Below are positions 19,322 through 28,593 of a stretch of 64,000 nucleotides of DNA, piece after piece. The position numbers and the translations under genes were made by a program. Source of the stretch: Candidatus Latescibacterota bacterium (lineage in GTDB: Bacteria; Latescibacterota; UBA2968); the NCBI GenBank assembly GCA_965205975.1, contig OZ242195.1, positions 4,832,001 to 4,896,000 of the forward strand, written 5' to 3'. Numbering within the stretch: position 1 is the stretch's first letter; the number at the start of each line of letters is the position of its first letter. The notes under the pieces are model-generated. The model saw nothing but the letters and a program-made list of their open reading frames with translations, ran no database searches and was not told the origin of the DNA.

Positions 19322-19543
19322 CAGAGATTGTTTTAAAACTCATTTTGCCCCTTCTCAGCGCTGCGCTCTTGCCCTGTCATTCTGAGCGGAGCGCAGCGGA
19401 GTCGAAGGAGCGGGGTACAACTGCCCGTTTCTCAGGGCAGTTCATCTCTTACCAACACAGGTGGAAAAGATGCTTCGGCTACGCTCAGCATGACAAAACG
19501 CCGGACATCCGTAGCATCAGGTATTAATTTTAAAACAGCTTCT
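19322..19543. mobile_element. MITE-like element with imperfect terminal inverted repeats enclosing a GTCATT-type palindrome pair
   Basis: Ends agagattgttttaaaa / ttttaaaacagcttct; internal tgtcattctgagcggagcgcagcggagtcgaa...gctcagcatgaca shared with 29704-29799. Confidence 0.55.
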
Positions 19544-19581
19544 CAGGATGAACATTTACGGTCACATGCATTAGGGAGGAG

Positions 19582-20469
19582 ATGATGGATTCTATTTATG
19601 GGATTGTGCCGCCAGTGGTGACGCCGTTTCGGGAGGATGACGCACTTGATGAGGGGGCGTTTCGTGCGGAAATTCAGTATATGATTGAGACGGCAGAGGT
19701 GCATGGGGTGGCGGTGACGGGGAGTACGGGCGAGGGGCATACGCTCAGGGATGATGAGGTGAGGCAGTTGACGCAATGGGCAGTGGAGGAAGCCGATGGG
19801 CGAGTGCCTGTGATTACGGGGATTATTACGGACAGTACGAAGTCGGCAATTGAGCGGGGGAAGGCTGTGGCCGATTTGGGTCCGGTGGCGTTGCAGGTGA
19901 CGCCGGTGCATTATTTGTTTCGGCCAGATGATGATGCGATGGTCAGGCATTTTGAGGCGTTGTGTGAGGGGACGGGGTTGCCGGTGATGATTTACAATGT
20001 GGTGCCGTGGACGTATTTGTCGCCGGAGTTGTTGACGCGGATTATTGACGCGGTGGAAGGTGTGGTGGGGGTGAAGCAGAGCGCGGGAGATATGAAGTTG
20101 CTGGCTGATTTGTTGTTGATGGCAGGAGATCGAGCGCGGATTATGACTGCGGTGGATGCGTTGTTGTATCCGTCATTTGTTTTGGGTGCGCACGGTGCGA
20201 TTGCGGCGATTTTGACGGCGGTGCCCGAGTTGTGTGTGGCAGTATGGGATGCGTGTCGTGCAGGTGATCATAAAAAGGCGTTGGATTTACACGAAAAGTT
20301 GCTGCCGATTTGGAATGCGATTTTTGATGATAATTTGCCCGCAAATACCAAGTATGCGATGAAGTTGCAGGGACGCGATGGGGGTGTGCCGCGCCCGCCA
20401 ATGCCACCGTCGTCTGTCGAGCAGGAGGGGCAGATTCGGGCGGCATTGGAGAATGCTGGTGTGGTTTAA
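19582..20469 (+). CDS. DapA/NAL-family class I aldolase
   Basis: VTPF, GSTGEG, IYNVVP, GVKQS. Confidence 0.9.
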   Translation: MMDSIYGIVPPVVTPFREDDALDEGAFRAEIQYMIETAEVHGVAVTGSTGEGHTLRDDEVRQLTQWAVEEADGRVPVITGIITDSTKSAIERGKAVADLGPVALQVTPVHYLFRPDDDAMVRHFEALCEGTGLPVMIYNVVPWTYLSPELLTRIIDAVEGVVGVKQSAGDMKLLADLLLMAGDRARIMTAVDALLYPSFVLGAHGAIAAILTAVPELCVAVWDACRAGDHKKALDLHEKLLPIWNAIFDDNLPANTKYAMKLQGRDGGVPRPPMPPSSVEQEGQIRAALENAGVV

Positions 20470-20477
20470 TCAAAAGC

Positions 20478-20882
20478 CTATGACTTCAGCCTGATGGGCA
20501 TTAGCAATGCCAGCCATTCCGCATTCAGGGGTGTGCGTAAGATAATCGCTTTTCCCTGTCCTCTAAATTCCATTGTGATTTCATCGCTGTCTTCAAAGTC
20601 CAGAGCATGCAGGATTTTTTTTAGATATGCGAAGTTCACGGCGTTGCGTACGATGCTGTGTAACCAGGGTCTAAATCGGTCGGGTTTGCGAAGTTGGTGC
20701 AGATTTTCGTACACTTTGATAAATACGATTTGAACCAGGTCTTCTATGTCGTCAACCAGTCGTATGGATCGGGCAATTTGGGCATACACATATCGCGAAT
20801 AGCGTTGCACCAGAATTGCGAATGCTTTGCGGTCGCCGTCCAGAATTTGAGCGATGAGCGCGCTGTCTTCAATCTGTTCCAC
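20478..20882 (-). CDS. Chimera: ECF sigma region 2 fused to DnaN (beta-clamp)-like C-terminus; no sigma region 4; possibly an internal-deletion allele
   Basis: GDRKAFAILVQRY...IEDLVQIVFIKVYENL...FRPWLHSIVRN followed by AVNFAYLKKILHAL...WLALLMPIRL; GGAG then GTG 20882. Confidence 0.7.
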   Translation of the reverse strand: MEQIEDSALIAQILDGDRKAFAILVQRYSRYVYAQIARSIRLVDDIEDLVQIVFIKVYENLHQLRKPDRFRPWLHSIVRNAVNFAYLKKILHALDFEDSDEITMEFRGQGKAIILRTPLNAEWLALLMPIRLKS

Positions 20883-20924
20883 GAATGCTCCATGAGAAAT
20901 CAATACACGCGTGTTTTAATAAAA

Positions 20925-20950
20925 GACGAGTTTGTATCCCGAAAGTGTCG
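20925..20950 (-). promoter_or_regulatory. ECF-type promoter candidate
   Basis: CGACAC-tttcgggatacaaact(16 nt)-CGTC on the minus strand, 42 nt upstream of the sigma-like start. Confidence 0.5.
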
Positions 20951-20959
20951 CACGGATAT

Positions 20960-20989
20960 AAAAAAAACCCCGGATTGTCCGGGGCTTTT
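20960..20989 (-). terminator. Intrinsic terminator after PhyH gene
   Basis: ccccgga-ttg-tccgggg with A8 on + (U-tract on -). Confidence 0.85.
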
Positions 20990-21003
20990 GGTTTTATGGG
21001 CTG

Positions 21004-21822
21004 TTAAGCATTGGGACACTTAAAGTCCAGGCCATCCATGATGACTTTTATCTGGTCGGATGGTTTGAAATAATCTGTCGCTGTATAGTTTTCGCCCAGG
21101 TCACCCATTAACCGACGGCGGCGAGGTGTCATGCGGGATAGTACTTCTTCGGGACATTTTTCGTAATCGTAAGGTCTGCACCACATTTGGCCGTACCTGA
21201 AGGTGATGCTGCGCCGCACGACGTCTGTGTGATTTGGTGCGACCGCGTGCCACATGGTATTTGGAAAGATCGCGCAGTCTCCCGCTTCGGCAATGAGTTG
21301 TATCGCGCCGGGCGGTGTTTCATTGCGGGATCCTTTGGGCATTGGGCGGCGATGGCTGCCGGGTACCAGACAGAAGTTTGCACAATTTTCGTGTGGAATA
21401 TCGGTGAGGAAGAACTGTATTTTGAAGTTTAATGGCAGACTGTCTGGCGTGACCCTAATTTGTGCCAGTGAGCGTCCAGCATCGGTGTGCCAGCCGATCA
21501 AGTTATCGGATTTGTCATTTGGATAGCGTACGTAAATTTGCGATCCCATGATCTGGATATAAGGTCCCATCAGGTCGAGGATGGTGCCAAATAAGTTGGG
21601 GTGGTCCATCAATCCGTCGATTCGACTCGTTCGGAAGAGCGTTTGGATGATGGTATAGACGCCTTTTTCGAGAACCTCGGGATATTTGGCTTCGTACTTT
21701 GCGATCACTTCGTTGGCCGCGTCGAGATAACCCGCTGCTTCGTCTTTGGGGATTACATTTTTGAGATGTAAATATCCCTGCTCCTGCCACTGTTGCCGCA
21801 TGGATTTGCTCAATTGGTTCAT
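21004..21822 (-). CDS. PhyH-like dioxygenase
   Basis: WHTD, FFLTD, VPGSH, WHAVAPN. Confidence 0.88.
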   Translation of the reverse strand: MNQLSKSMRQQWQEQGYLHLKNVIPKDEAAGYLDAANEVIAKYEAKYPEVLEKGVYTIIQTLFRTSRIDGLMDHPNLFGTILDLMGPYIQIMGSQIYVRYPNDKSDNLIGWHTDAGRSLAQIRVTPDSLPLNFKIQFFLTDIPHENCANFCLVPGSHRRPMPKGSRNETPPGAIQLIAEAGDCAIFPNTMWHAVAPNHTDVVRRSITFRYGQMWCRPYDYEKCPEEVLSRMTPRRRRLMGDLGENYTATDYFKPSDQIKVIMDGLDFKCPNA

Positions 21823-21854
21823 GTCAAAGCTCCTGTGTTTTTACTTCGTTTTTG

Positions 21855-22199
21855 TCAGGGCGACTCTTCGTTTTGTCCGGCTTCAATGCGGACGATTTCT
21901 CCGCGTTTCAGGTCATTCAGACGATTCAGTAATTCGGGAACCAGTGGTTTCAAGTCATTGATGTCATTTGTTCTCGCAACGAGAACAACTACCGCGACAT
22001 CTGCTTCCGTGATGTTTTGCTGGTATGGGATGCTCTGGTCGGTGGTGATGAGAACATCAAACTTGTCTCTGGCCAATGCCAAAAGCTGGCCGTTTCGTAT
22101 GCTGTTCCAATCAAGATACCCAGTTGTCCATACGTCGTGGTGTTCAATCAGAGTATCCCTGAATCTCCAGGTAATGTTTTCATCGAGCAGCAGTCGCAT
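21855..22199 (-). CDS. DUF5615 PIN-like toxin
   Basis: MRLLLDENI, NGQLL, FDVLITTDQSIPYQQN. Confidence 0.8.
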   Translation of the reverse strand: MRLLLDENITWRFRDTLIEHHDVWTTGYLDWNSIRNGQLLALARDKFDVLITTDQSIPYQQNITEADVAVVVLVARTNDINDLKPLVPELLNRLNDLKRGEIVRIEAGQNEESP

Positions 22200-22650
22200 A
22201 GGCCTCTTGTTCCAAAAGTTGACGGGCCATATTGAGAGCCGCTAGAGTTTGTTCGCGGTACATTGAAGGAAATTCAAAATGAAAATCTTTCAGGCTTTGG
22301 ACTTGTATCAAGCAGTCAAAAAGGCTCTTAAGTTGGTGCCGCGTACCGACGAATACAGGTTCGCCACCCATTTCCTTGGGATCGCTGTGAAAAAGTCCAC
22401 CCGGTTTCCGGCAGGCCTCTTCGACCATTACTTTTTTTGCTCTTTCAAGAGCCGCTACCGCCTTCTTGGGGTGTACTGAGGGAAATTCGAAATGAAAATC
22501 TTTCAGATCACGTCCATAGATCAGTAAATCAAACAAGTTTTTCACCGGCACGCGGGTTCCTTTGAAAACGGGTGTGCCCCCCATGATTTCTTTGTCGCTG
22601 TGAATCACGTTGCCCTCAGTTGCGATAGAAGTTTCACTCGTTTGTGCCAT
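22180..22650 (-). CDS. DUF433 antitoxin with two tandem DUF433 domains
   Basis: EIMGGTPVFKGTRVP and EMGGEPVFVGTRH; LKDFHFEFPS twice, 71 aa apart. Confidence 0.82.
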   Translation of the reverse strand: MAQTSETSIATEGNVIHSDKEIMGGTPVFKGTRVPVKNLFDLLIYGRDLKDFHFEFPSVHPKKAVAALERAKKVMVEEACRKPGGLFHSDPKEMGGEPVFVGTRHQLKSLFDCLIQVQSLKDFHFEFPSMYREQTLAALNMARQLLEQEAYATAAR

Positions 22651-22762
22651 GGTGTTCCTCGTGCTTTTACATGGTTGTTAGACCTTAGCCCTTGCCTGAT
22701 TGTGTACAATGAGATATTTTTCGATGAAACTATATCGGAAAAAAATATAAAAGGAGGCTTTT

Positions 22763-23083
22763 ATGCTCGTGTTGACAACCCCCAATATTGAAGGGAAAAC
22801 TGTTGATAGCTATCAAGGCATTGTGACGGGTGAAGCCATTTTGGGTGCCAATTTTTTCAAAGATATTTTTGCGAGTCTCCGCGATATTGTCGGCGGGCGT
22901 TCAGCCGCGTATGAGTCAGAACTCCGCAGAGCCAAAGATCTCGCCATTGAGGAAATGGTCGAACAGGCACGCGGTATGGGTGCCAATGCCGTCATTGGCG
23001 TGGATCTCGACTACGATACGGTTGGCGAGGGCAGTATGCTTATGGTCAGTGCCAGTGGCACGGCTGTTACTTATCGAGATTGA
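22763..23083 (+). CDS. YbjQ/UPF0145 family protein
   Basis: [37 protein letters not shown]. Confidence 0.92.
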   Translation: MLVLTTPNIEGKTVDSYQGIVTGEAILGANFFKDIFASLRDIVGGRSAAYESELRRAKDLAIEEMVEQARGMGANAVIGVDLDYDTVGEGSMLMVSASGTAVTYRD

Positions 23084-23091
23084 GACGTTCG

Positions 23092-23958
23092 TTATTTGTA
23101 TTGTGTTTGGGTAAATTTCGATTCTTTTATTACGGTTTGCGATTCGTAAATGGATCCGCTTCGGAGTGCGCCAGGCCAGGGCATTCGCACGGGTACGGCT
23201 TCTACGCGCGGGATGTTGGTCGGCTCGCCGCGCACGATTGTTCCATTGAACAAATCCCAGTTGTTCAGGCCCGATAGGGGATACGCATCGATCGCGCAAT
23301 ATTGGAATAGGAGCAGTCGGCGGGGTTTGTCGGATGTATTGGATACTGATCCGTGTAGCATGCGTACGTGATGGATTGTGATGCCGCCTGCTTTTACCAT
23401 TATGGGTACGGCGCTTTTATCGCTAAAGGTCGAGTCGGTTACGGCGCCGCAGAAATGGCCGTCGAGGTGATGGTCGTAAATTGGCCCTTTGTGCGAGCCG
23501 GGAATGACGAGCAAGGGGCCGTTTTCTTCTGTCATGTCGTCGAGTACTATGCCCACGGCGAGCAAATCGTCGTTGCTATGCGGATAAAATGCCCAGTCCT
23601 GATGCCACTCGACCGGGCTGCCGTAGCCGGGTTGCTTCATGTTGAGTTTGTTGCCATTGCATCTCAGGCCGTATCCGATCAATTGCGATACGATTCCCAA
23701 AATTTTCTCGTGATGCAGGGTTTTGCGATATACTTCATGTAGCAGGATCGGACTTTTCAGGCGTCTCAGTTTTGGATTTTCGGGTGTGTGCCCGGGTTCG
23801 AGGTCGAATACTTCGGTGTGATCTGTGACCTCCCGCGATTTTTCCACATATTCATCGGTTATCCGCCGCAGGTCATTGACCTCGTCTTCGCTTAGCACAT
23901 TTTCCACACCGAGATACCCGTGCTCGCGATAAAATGCAATTTGTTCCTGGGTGAGCAT
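23092..23958 (-). CDS. PhyH-like dioxygenase
   Basis: WHQDWAFYPH, IPGSH, LHGSVSN, RR. Confidence 0.9.
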   Translation of the reverse strand: MLTQEQIAFYREHGYLGVENVLSEDEVNDLRRITDEYVEKSREVTDHTEVFDLEPGHTPENPKLRRLKSPILLHEVYRKTLHHEKILGIVSQLIGYGLRCNGNKLNMKQPGYGSPVEWHQDWAFYPHSNDDLLAVGIVLDDMTEENGPLLVIPGSHKGPIYDHHLDGHFCGAVTDSTFSDKSAVPIMVKAGGITIHHVRMLHGSVSNTSDKPRRLLLFQYCAIDAYPLSGLNNWDLFNGTIVRGEPTNIPRVEAVPVRMPWPGALRSGSIYESQTVIKESKFTQTQYK

Positions 23959-23973
23959 GGTTTACTCCTTCTT

Positions 23974-25446
23974 TTATGGATGGCGGTATTTGTTTCCAAA
24001 TTTTTTGCGCAGTAAGACGGCGCCTTCTGCACGATCGGTTTCTGCAAGGCGGTCGCAATAGTCTTCGAAAGCCCCCCAGGTGTGCATTGGTCCGCCTTCT
24101 TGCATGACTGTCCAGAGGGGATCGTTGTCGTAGGGCCGCGGCATGGTTTCCATCATGTGGTCGTGCCAGTTCATGAGGCGATACGCAGCCTCGCGGCATA
24201 TATCGGGATTTTCAGCCGCTACATCGCGCATTTCATAGGGGTCATCTGATAGATTAAATAGCAGTTCGCGTGGGTAGAGCCGATATCCATCGTGATAGGT
24301 GCGGATATAAATCCAGTCGTCAAAGCGAACAGCCCGCTGGCATACGTGCGCGCACTGGCTCAGGATCAATTCGCTGCGCCCGGCATCTGTACCTGCGGTG
24401 ATGACAGGGGCGTAACTTTCGCCATCCCACAACGCCTGTTTTTGTCCGCCTAAAAGATCGGCTAATGTGGGCGCTAGATCAATATTGTAATGCAGGCCCT
24501 CGTCTGTGATTCCAGACTGTCCGCCGGGCCACTTTACAATCATCGGAATATGGCAGGTCGCCTGATCGGCTGTTCCGTGTTCGCCGTATATGCCGAGTTC
24601 GCCCATGTTTTCGCCGTGATCCGCGCTGATGATGATCGCCGTGTCGTTTAGTACGCCTTTGTTTTCCAATATTCCCACAATGATGGCAATTTGATCATCT
24701 ACGTAACGAATTGCGGTGTCGTATCCATCGATCATCCGTCGCAGGTCGTCCATGTTGTCCAGGCGCCCGGGATGCCGGGGAAAGCGCGGATTGGGGCGGT
24801 CGTTCCACATCATGATGTCTTGCGCGGTATGGGGACCGACGAGTTTTTTGTGTTCTTCCAGTAATTCGGGGGTCAGCCAGTCCGGCAGGGGATCATCGGC
24901 AAAGGGTTCGCCGTATTCCGCTGGCGCGCGATAGGGTGTATGTACATCCCAGTAGTTGATGTGCAAAAACCAGTTGTCGTCCGAGGCATTGTCCTGTAAC
25001 CATTTTTCGACTACGGGTGTTACTTCTTCGGCTGATTCCATGCCGCCTTTGCCGGTGTTGTGTATTTCGTTGAATCCGGCGTAAAAATGCCACGCGGCAT
25101 GCCGCTGTCCAAAGGGGCTGATCATGGATGTTTTAAAGCCCTGACGTTGCAAGAAGCCAGCCAGGCCTTCGTTGGCGAGTCGATCTCGAAAACCGCGGTT
25201 TGGCCCATTTATCCGTCGTTCTGACGCTGTGCCGCCGTGCCCTACGACGCCCGAATGAATGCCAAATTGCCCGGAGTAAAATGCGGTGCGCGATGGCAAG
25301 CAGGGCGCGTCTGTTGTATAGACCTGGTTAAATCGAATGCCTTCGGCTGCAATTTTGTCAATTGTCGGCGATGTGTTGCGGTGATACCCGTAACAGCCCA
25401 GGTGTGTGGGATTTAAGGCGTCGAGATCGAGGTACAGAATGCGCAT
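23974..25446 (-). CDS. Sulfatase (Cys-type)
   Basis: CLPSR motif, DVHTPY, ADHGE. Confidence 0.9.
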   Translation of the reverse strand: MRILYLDLDALNPTHLGCYGYHRNTSPTIDKIAAEGIRFNQVYTTDAPCLPSRTAFYSGQFGIHSGVVGHGGTASERRINGPNRGFRDRLANEGLAGFLQRQGFKTSMISPFGQRHAAWHFYAGFNEIHNTGKGGMESAEEVTPVVEKWLQDNASDDNWFLHINYWDVHTPYRAPAEYGEPFADDPLPDWLTPELLEEHKKLVGPHTAQDIMMWNDRPNPRFPRHPGRLDNMDDLRRMIDGYDTAIRYVDDQIAIIVGILENKGVLNDTAIIISADHGENMGELGIYGEHGTADQATCHIPMIVKWPGGQSGITDEGLHYNIDLAPTLADLLGGQKQALWDGESYAPVITAGTDAGRSELILSQCAHVCQRAVRFDDWIYIRTYHDGYRLYPRELLFNLSDDPYEMRDVAAENPDICREAAYRLMNWHDHMMETMPRPYDNDPLWTVMQEGGPMHTWGAFEDYCDRLAETDRAEGAVLLRKKFGNKYRHP

Positions 25447-25515
25447 ATATGTTCCTTTTCTGTTTTGGTTAGTTTAAGGGATAATTTACCTTTAAAATCG
25501 TTTCTTAGCAAGTTT

Positions 25516-25642
25516 ATCAGTGGTCAGCTAAAAACCATCTGGATCGCGGCTAAAAACCATGCCGCGATGACGATGGCATGGGAGCCTGCCTCGTAAGGCT
25601 TTTATACGGGGTCACGCCTGCATGCTTGAAGCAGGCGTCCAG
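25516..25642. repeat. GTCA...TCCAG palindromic repeat doublet; left unit recurs inverted at 44166-44221
   Basis: 25522-25571 matches the reverse complement of 44166-44215 at 48/50; second unit gtcacgcctgcatgcttgaagcaggcgtccag at 25611-25642. Confidence 0.8.
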
Positions 25643-25732
25643 AATGGGCGGGGCTGATAGCTGATAACTGCTTGACGGATTGGCCTGTTGACATTATTCT
25701 GCATCTCACAAACAATGGAGAGGAGGACGCAG

Positions 25733-26527
25733 ATGCCAGAGCCAACAATTTCTCTTTCACAGGAACAAATTCATTCATTTCACGAGGATGGATTCCTCGT
25801 TCTCAATGCGATTACCACGGAGGAGGAGGTGGAACAGCTTCGGGAGATTTACGATCGACTTTTTTCGGATCGCACGGGGTGGGATCAGGGGAGTCAGTTT
25901 GATCTGGCGGGTACCGATGAGGATGATCATCCGCGTCTTCCGCAACTGCTCGGTCCCAGCCGTTTTGCTCCGGAGTTGAAGGATACGCTCTATCTGGCCA
26001 ATGCGCGGGCGATTGCGCGGCAATTGCTGGGTTCTGATATGCGCGATGGCAATGGCGAACATATGATTTACAAGCCGCCGCGTATTGGTGCGGCAACGCC
26101 GTGGCATCAGGATCAGGCGTATCACGATCCTACCATGGCGTACAAGGGCGTAAATTTTTGGATGCCGCTGGACGATGCGACGGTGGAATCCGGCTGTTTG
26201 CAGTTTATTCCCGGTAGCCACAAGCTCGATGTTTTACCGCATCACAGTATCAACCGGGATCCGCGCATTCACGGTCTTGAGGTTGATAATCCCGAACAGT
26301 ATGTCGCTCGGGCAGTTCCTTGCCCAGTTGCGGCTGGCGGGGCTTCGCTTCACGCGTGTTATATGCTGCATTACGCAGAGCCAAATTGCACAGATGTTCC
26401 GCGGAGGGCTTATACGCTTACGTTCAGGACGCCACCCCAAAAGCGCGATAAGCCCGTTGACGCATATTGGCAAGAGAACAAACAGACAGCGCGGCAAGTC
26501 AGGGCAGATGCATATCGAAAAAAATAA
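25733..26527 (+). CDS. PhyH-like dioxygenase
   Basis: TPWHQD, WMPLDD, IPGSH, LHYAEPN; GAGGAGG before ATG 25733. Confidence 0.9.
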   Translation: MPEPTISLSQEQIHSFHEDGFLVLNAITTEEEVEQLREIYDRLFSDRTGWDQGSQFDLAGTDEDDHPRLPQLLGPSRFAPELKDTLYLANARAIARQLLGSDMRDGNGEHMIYKPPRIGAATPWHQDQAYHDPTMAYKGVNFWMPLDDATVESGCLQFIPGSHKLDVLPHHSINRDPRIHGLEVDNPEQYVARAVPCPVAAGGASLHACYMLHYAEPNCTDVPRRAYTLTFRTPPQKRDKPVDAYWQENKQTARQVRADAYRKK

Positions 26528-26551
26528 ATTAAAAATCACAAAGGAGATTTT

Positions 26552-27559
26552 ATGAAAGTTCTCGTTACAGGTGCTGCCGGACAGGTTGGTTGCCGGCTGG
26601 TGCGCCAGTTGCTTGACCAAAATTGCGAAGTTCGGGGGACGATTCTTCCCGATGATCCCGCGCGCAGCCGTCTCGACGGTGTCGATATTGAGTTGCGCGA
26701 GGGGGATTTGACGGATTTATCTTATGTTAAAGATGCCGTCGAGGGCGTGGATGCGGTTATTCATACCGCCAATCTCGTCGGTCCGCATTTTGAACTCAAC
26801 AATCAGATCAATATCCAGGTTACACGCGCGTGTGAGGGCGTTGCCGATCGTCTCGAACGCTATGTTTATACCAGTTCTTCGGGTGTGTTTCCCAATAATG
26901 GCGAAAATGTTCCGTGTGCTTATCACCCGGTGGATGAATTGCATCCCAAACGGCCGGATGGCGAGTATTCTATGTCCAAGTATTTCGGCGAGGTGATGGC
27001 AGAACGCGCGAATCGGGAGACGGGTTTGCGCTATTCGATTGTGCGTCCGAGTCACGTTTTGTCCGGGACTAAGATTTTGAACCAGTTCAGTGTTGTGCGC
27101 GTGGTCAATTTGTTGAAGAAAAGTCAGGAAAGACCCGGTACTGAACTCTATATGCCCGATGGTACTGAACTCTGGCACGATATTGAAGCGAAGGCGGTTT
27201 TTCCACAACAAACGTGTAGTATTACGGATGAGGACGGACGCCCCTGGCTTTATCAACCGCAGGATGCCCGCGATATTGCCCATTGTCTGGTTTGCGCGCT
27301 GAATTCTGGCGCGGCACTGGGCGAGTCGTTCAATGCTGGCGCGCCAGAGCCGTTTCCTTTTACCGAAGGGGCGCGGTTGATTGCAAAAAAAAGAGGGGTT
27401 GATCCGCTTGAGGTCAAAGTTCCCCTCCAGTACATGTATGACCATGCGATTGGCAAGGCAAAGAGTCTGATTGATTATCGTCCGCAAGGTGATTTGAATG
27501 CGATGATCGAGTCGGCTTTTGCGTGTGAAGAAGGCGCGACGGATTATATTTGGGACTAA
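26552..27559 (+). CDS. NAD-dependent epimerase/dehydratase
   Basis: VTGAAGQVG, TSSS, YSMSK. Confidence 0.88.
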   Translation: MKVLVTGAAGQVGCRLVRQLLDQNCEVRGTILPDDPARSRLDGVDIELREGDLTDLSYVKDAVEGVDAVIHTANLVGPHFELNNQINIQVTRACEGVADRLERYVYTSSSGVFPNNGENVPCAYHPVDELHPKRPDGEYSMSKYFGEVMAERANRETGLRYSIVRPSHVLSGTKILNQFSVVRVVNLLKKSQERPGTELYMPDGTELWHDIEAKAVFPQQTCSITDEDGRPWLYQPQDARDIAHCLVCALNSGAALGESFNAGAPEPFPFTEGARLIAKKRGVDPLEVKVPLQYMYDHAIGKAKSLIDYRPQGDLNAMIESAFACEEGATDYIWD

Positions 27560-28578
27560 AGGCGCGTTTGCAAGGTATCTATCAGATTATCCGCTGGTTC
27601 GCAGGGTAGTTCTATGGGCTGGTGTTCCAGCGCGCTTGTGTAGATTCCCAGGATGATGTTGAAGTCGCGTAAGGCGAGGTCGAGGTTCAGAGGATGGACT
27701 TTTGCGTCGTCTTCAATCCATTGTAGCATTGCGTCTGTCATGGCCGCTTGTCCGAGTATGTCTTCGTCGGGATATTCGTGCGTGCCCCGCTCAATGTGGC
27801 CATCGATACCTGTTTCCCACGACCACATGGTCCAGTGTATATATCCCCGCGTGCCATAGGCGGCGATTCGCTTGTGGACATTGGTGCGGTCTTCATTTGT
27901 TACGCGGGGGGCATAAGGTCCCGAGATGAGTTGGGCGCGCAGGCCATCGGCATATTCTATTGCTCCGATGCACTGGTCGGGCGCGAAATGCTTTTTGGGC
28001 GTGTCTTCCAGGCCGTCTGTGCCAGAGGCTTGTCCCATTACTTTTATTGGGAGGCCGTCTGGATGAAAGGCGGCGATGGATTGCAGTGCATGGGTGCCCT
28101 GATACGCCAGGTTCATGCCGCAACTCGCTTCGATAAATCGGATGTCGCCGATTTTTCCCTCCTGTACAATATTTTGCAAATGCTGTCTGCGCGGGTGAAA
28201 GTGTAGCTGGTGATTTACCGCGATTTTGGTTTTTGCGGTTGTAGCAAAGTTTTTGATCGTGCGCCAGTCTTCTCCCTGAATTGCTATGGGTTTTTCCACG
28301 AGGACAGCGGGTACTCCGGCGTTTTCCGCGGCTTCGAATACTTCCAGTCGCACACTGGGCGGGGTGTTTACGTGTACCAGGTCTGGCTGTTCTTTTTCAA
28401 ACATTTCCCGATAGTCCAAATACCTTATATCGACGTCAAATGTATTGCCAAATGCGTGCAGATTTTCTTCTGTTCGCGTGGAGATTGCGGCGAGTTTGCC
28501 GTGTGTTACGTGTCGATACGCTTCCGCCAACCCCCGCGCGCGTCCGCCGCTTACGCCGATTATTGCACATTTAAGCAT
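27556..28578 (-). CDS. Gfo/Idh/MocA oxidoreductase
   Basis: N-terminal Rossmann fold, VEKPIA, GTH. Confidence 0.85.
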   Translation of the reverse strand: MLKCAIIGVSGGRARGLAEAYRHVTHGKLAAISTRTEENLHAFGNTFDVDIRYLDYREMFEKEQPDLVHVNTPPSVRLEVFEAAENAGVPAVLVEKPIAIQGEDWRTIKNFATTAKTKIAVNHQLHFHPRRQHLQNIVQEGKIGDIRFIEASCGMNLAYQGTHALQSIAAFHPDGLPIKVMGQASGTDGLEDTPKKHFAPDQCIGAIEYADGLRAQLISGPYAPRVTNEDRTNVHKRIAAYGTRGYIHWTMWSWETGIDGHIERGTHEYPDEDILGQAAMTDAMLQWIEDDAKVHPLNLDLALRDFNIILGIYTSALEHQPIELPCEPADNLIDTLQTRL

Positions 28579-28593
28579 TGAGTGCTTCCTCCT

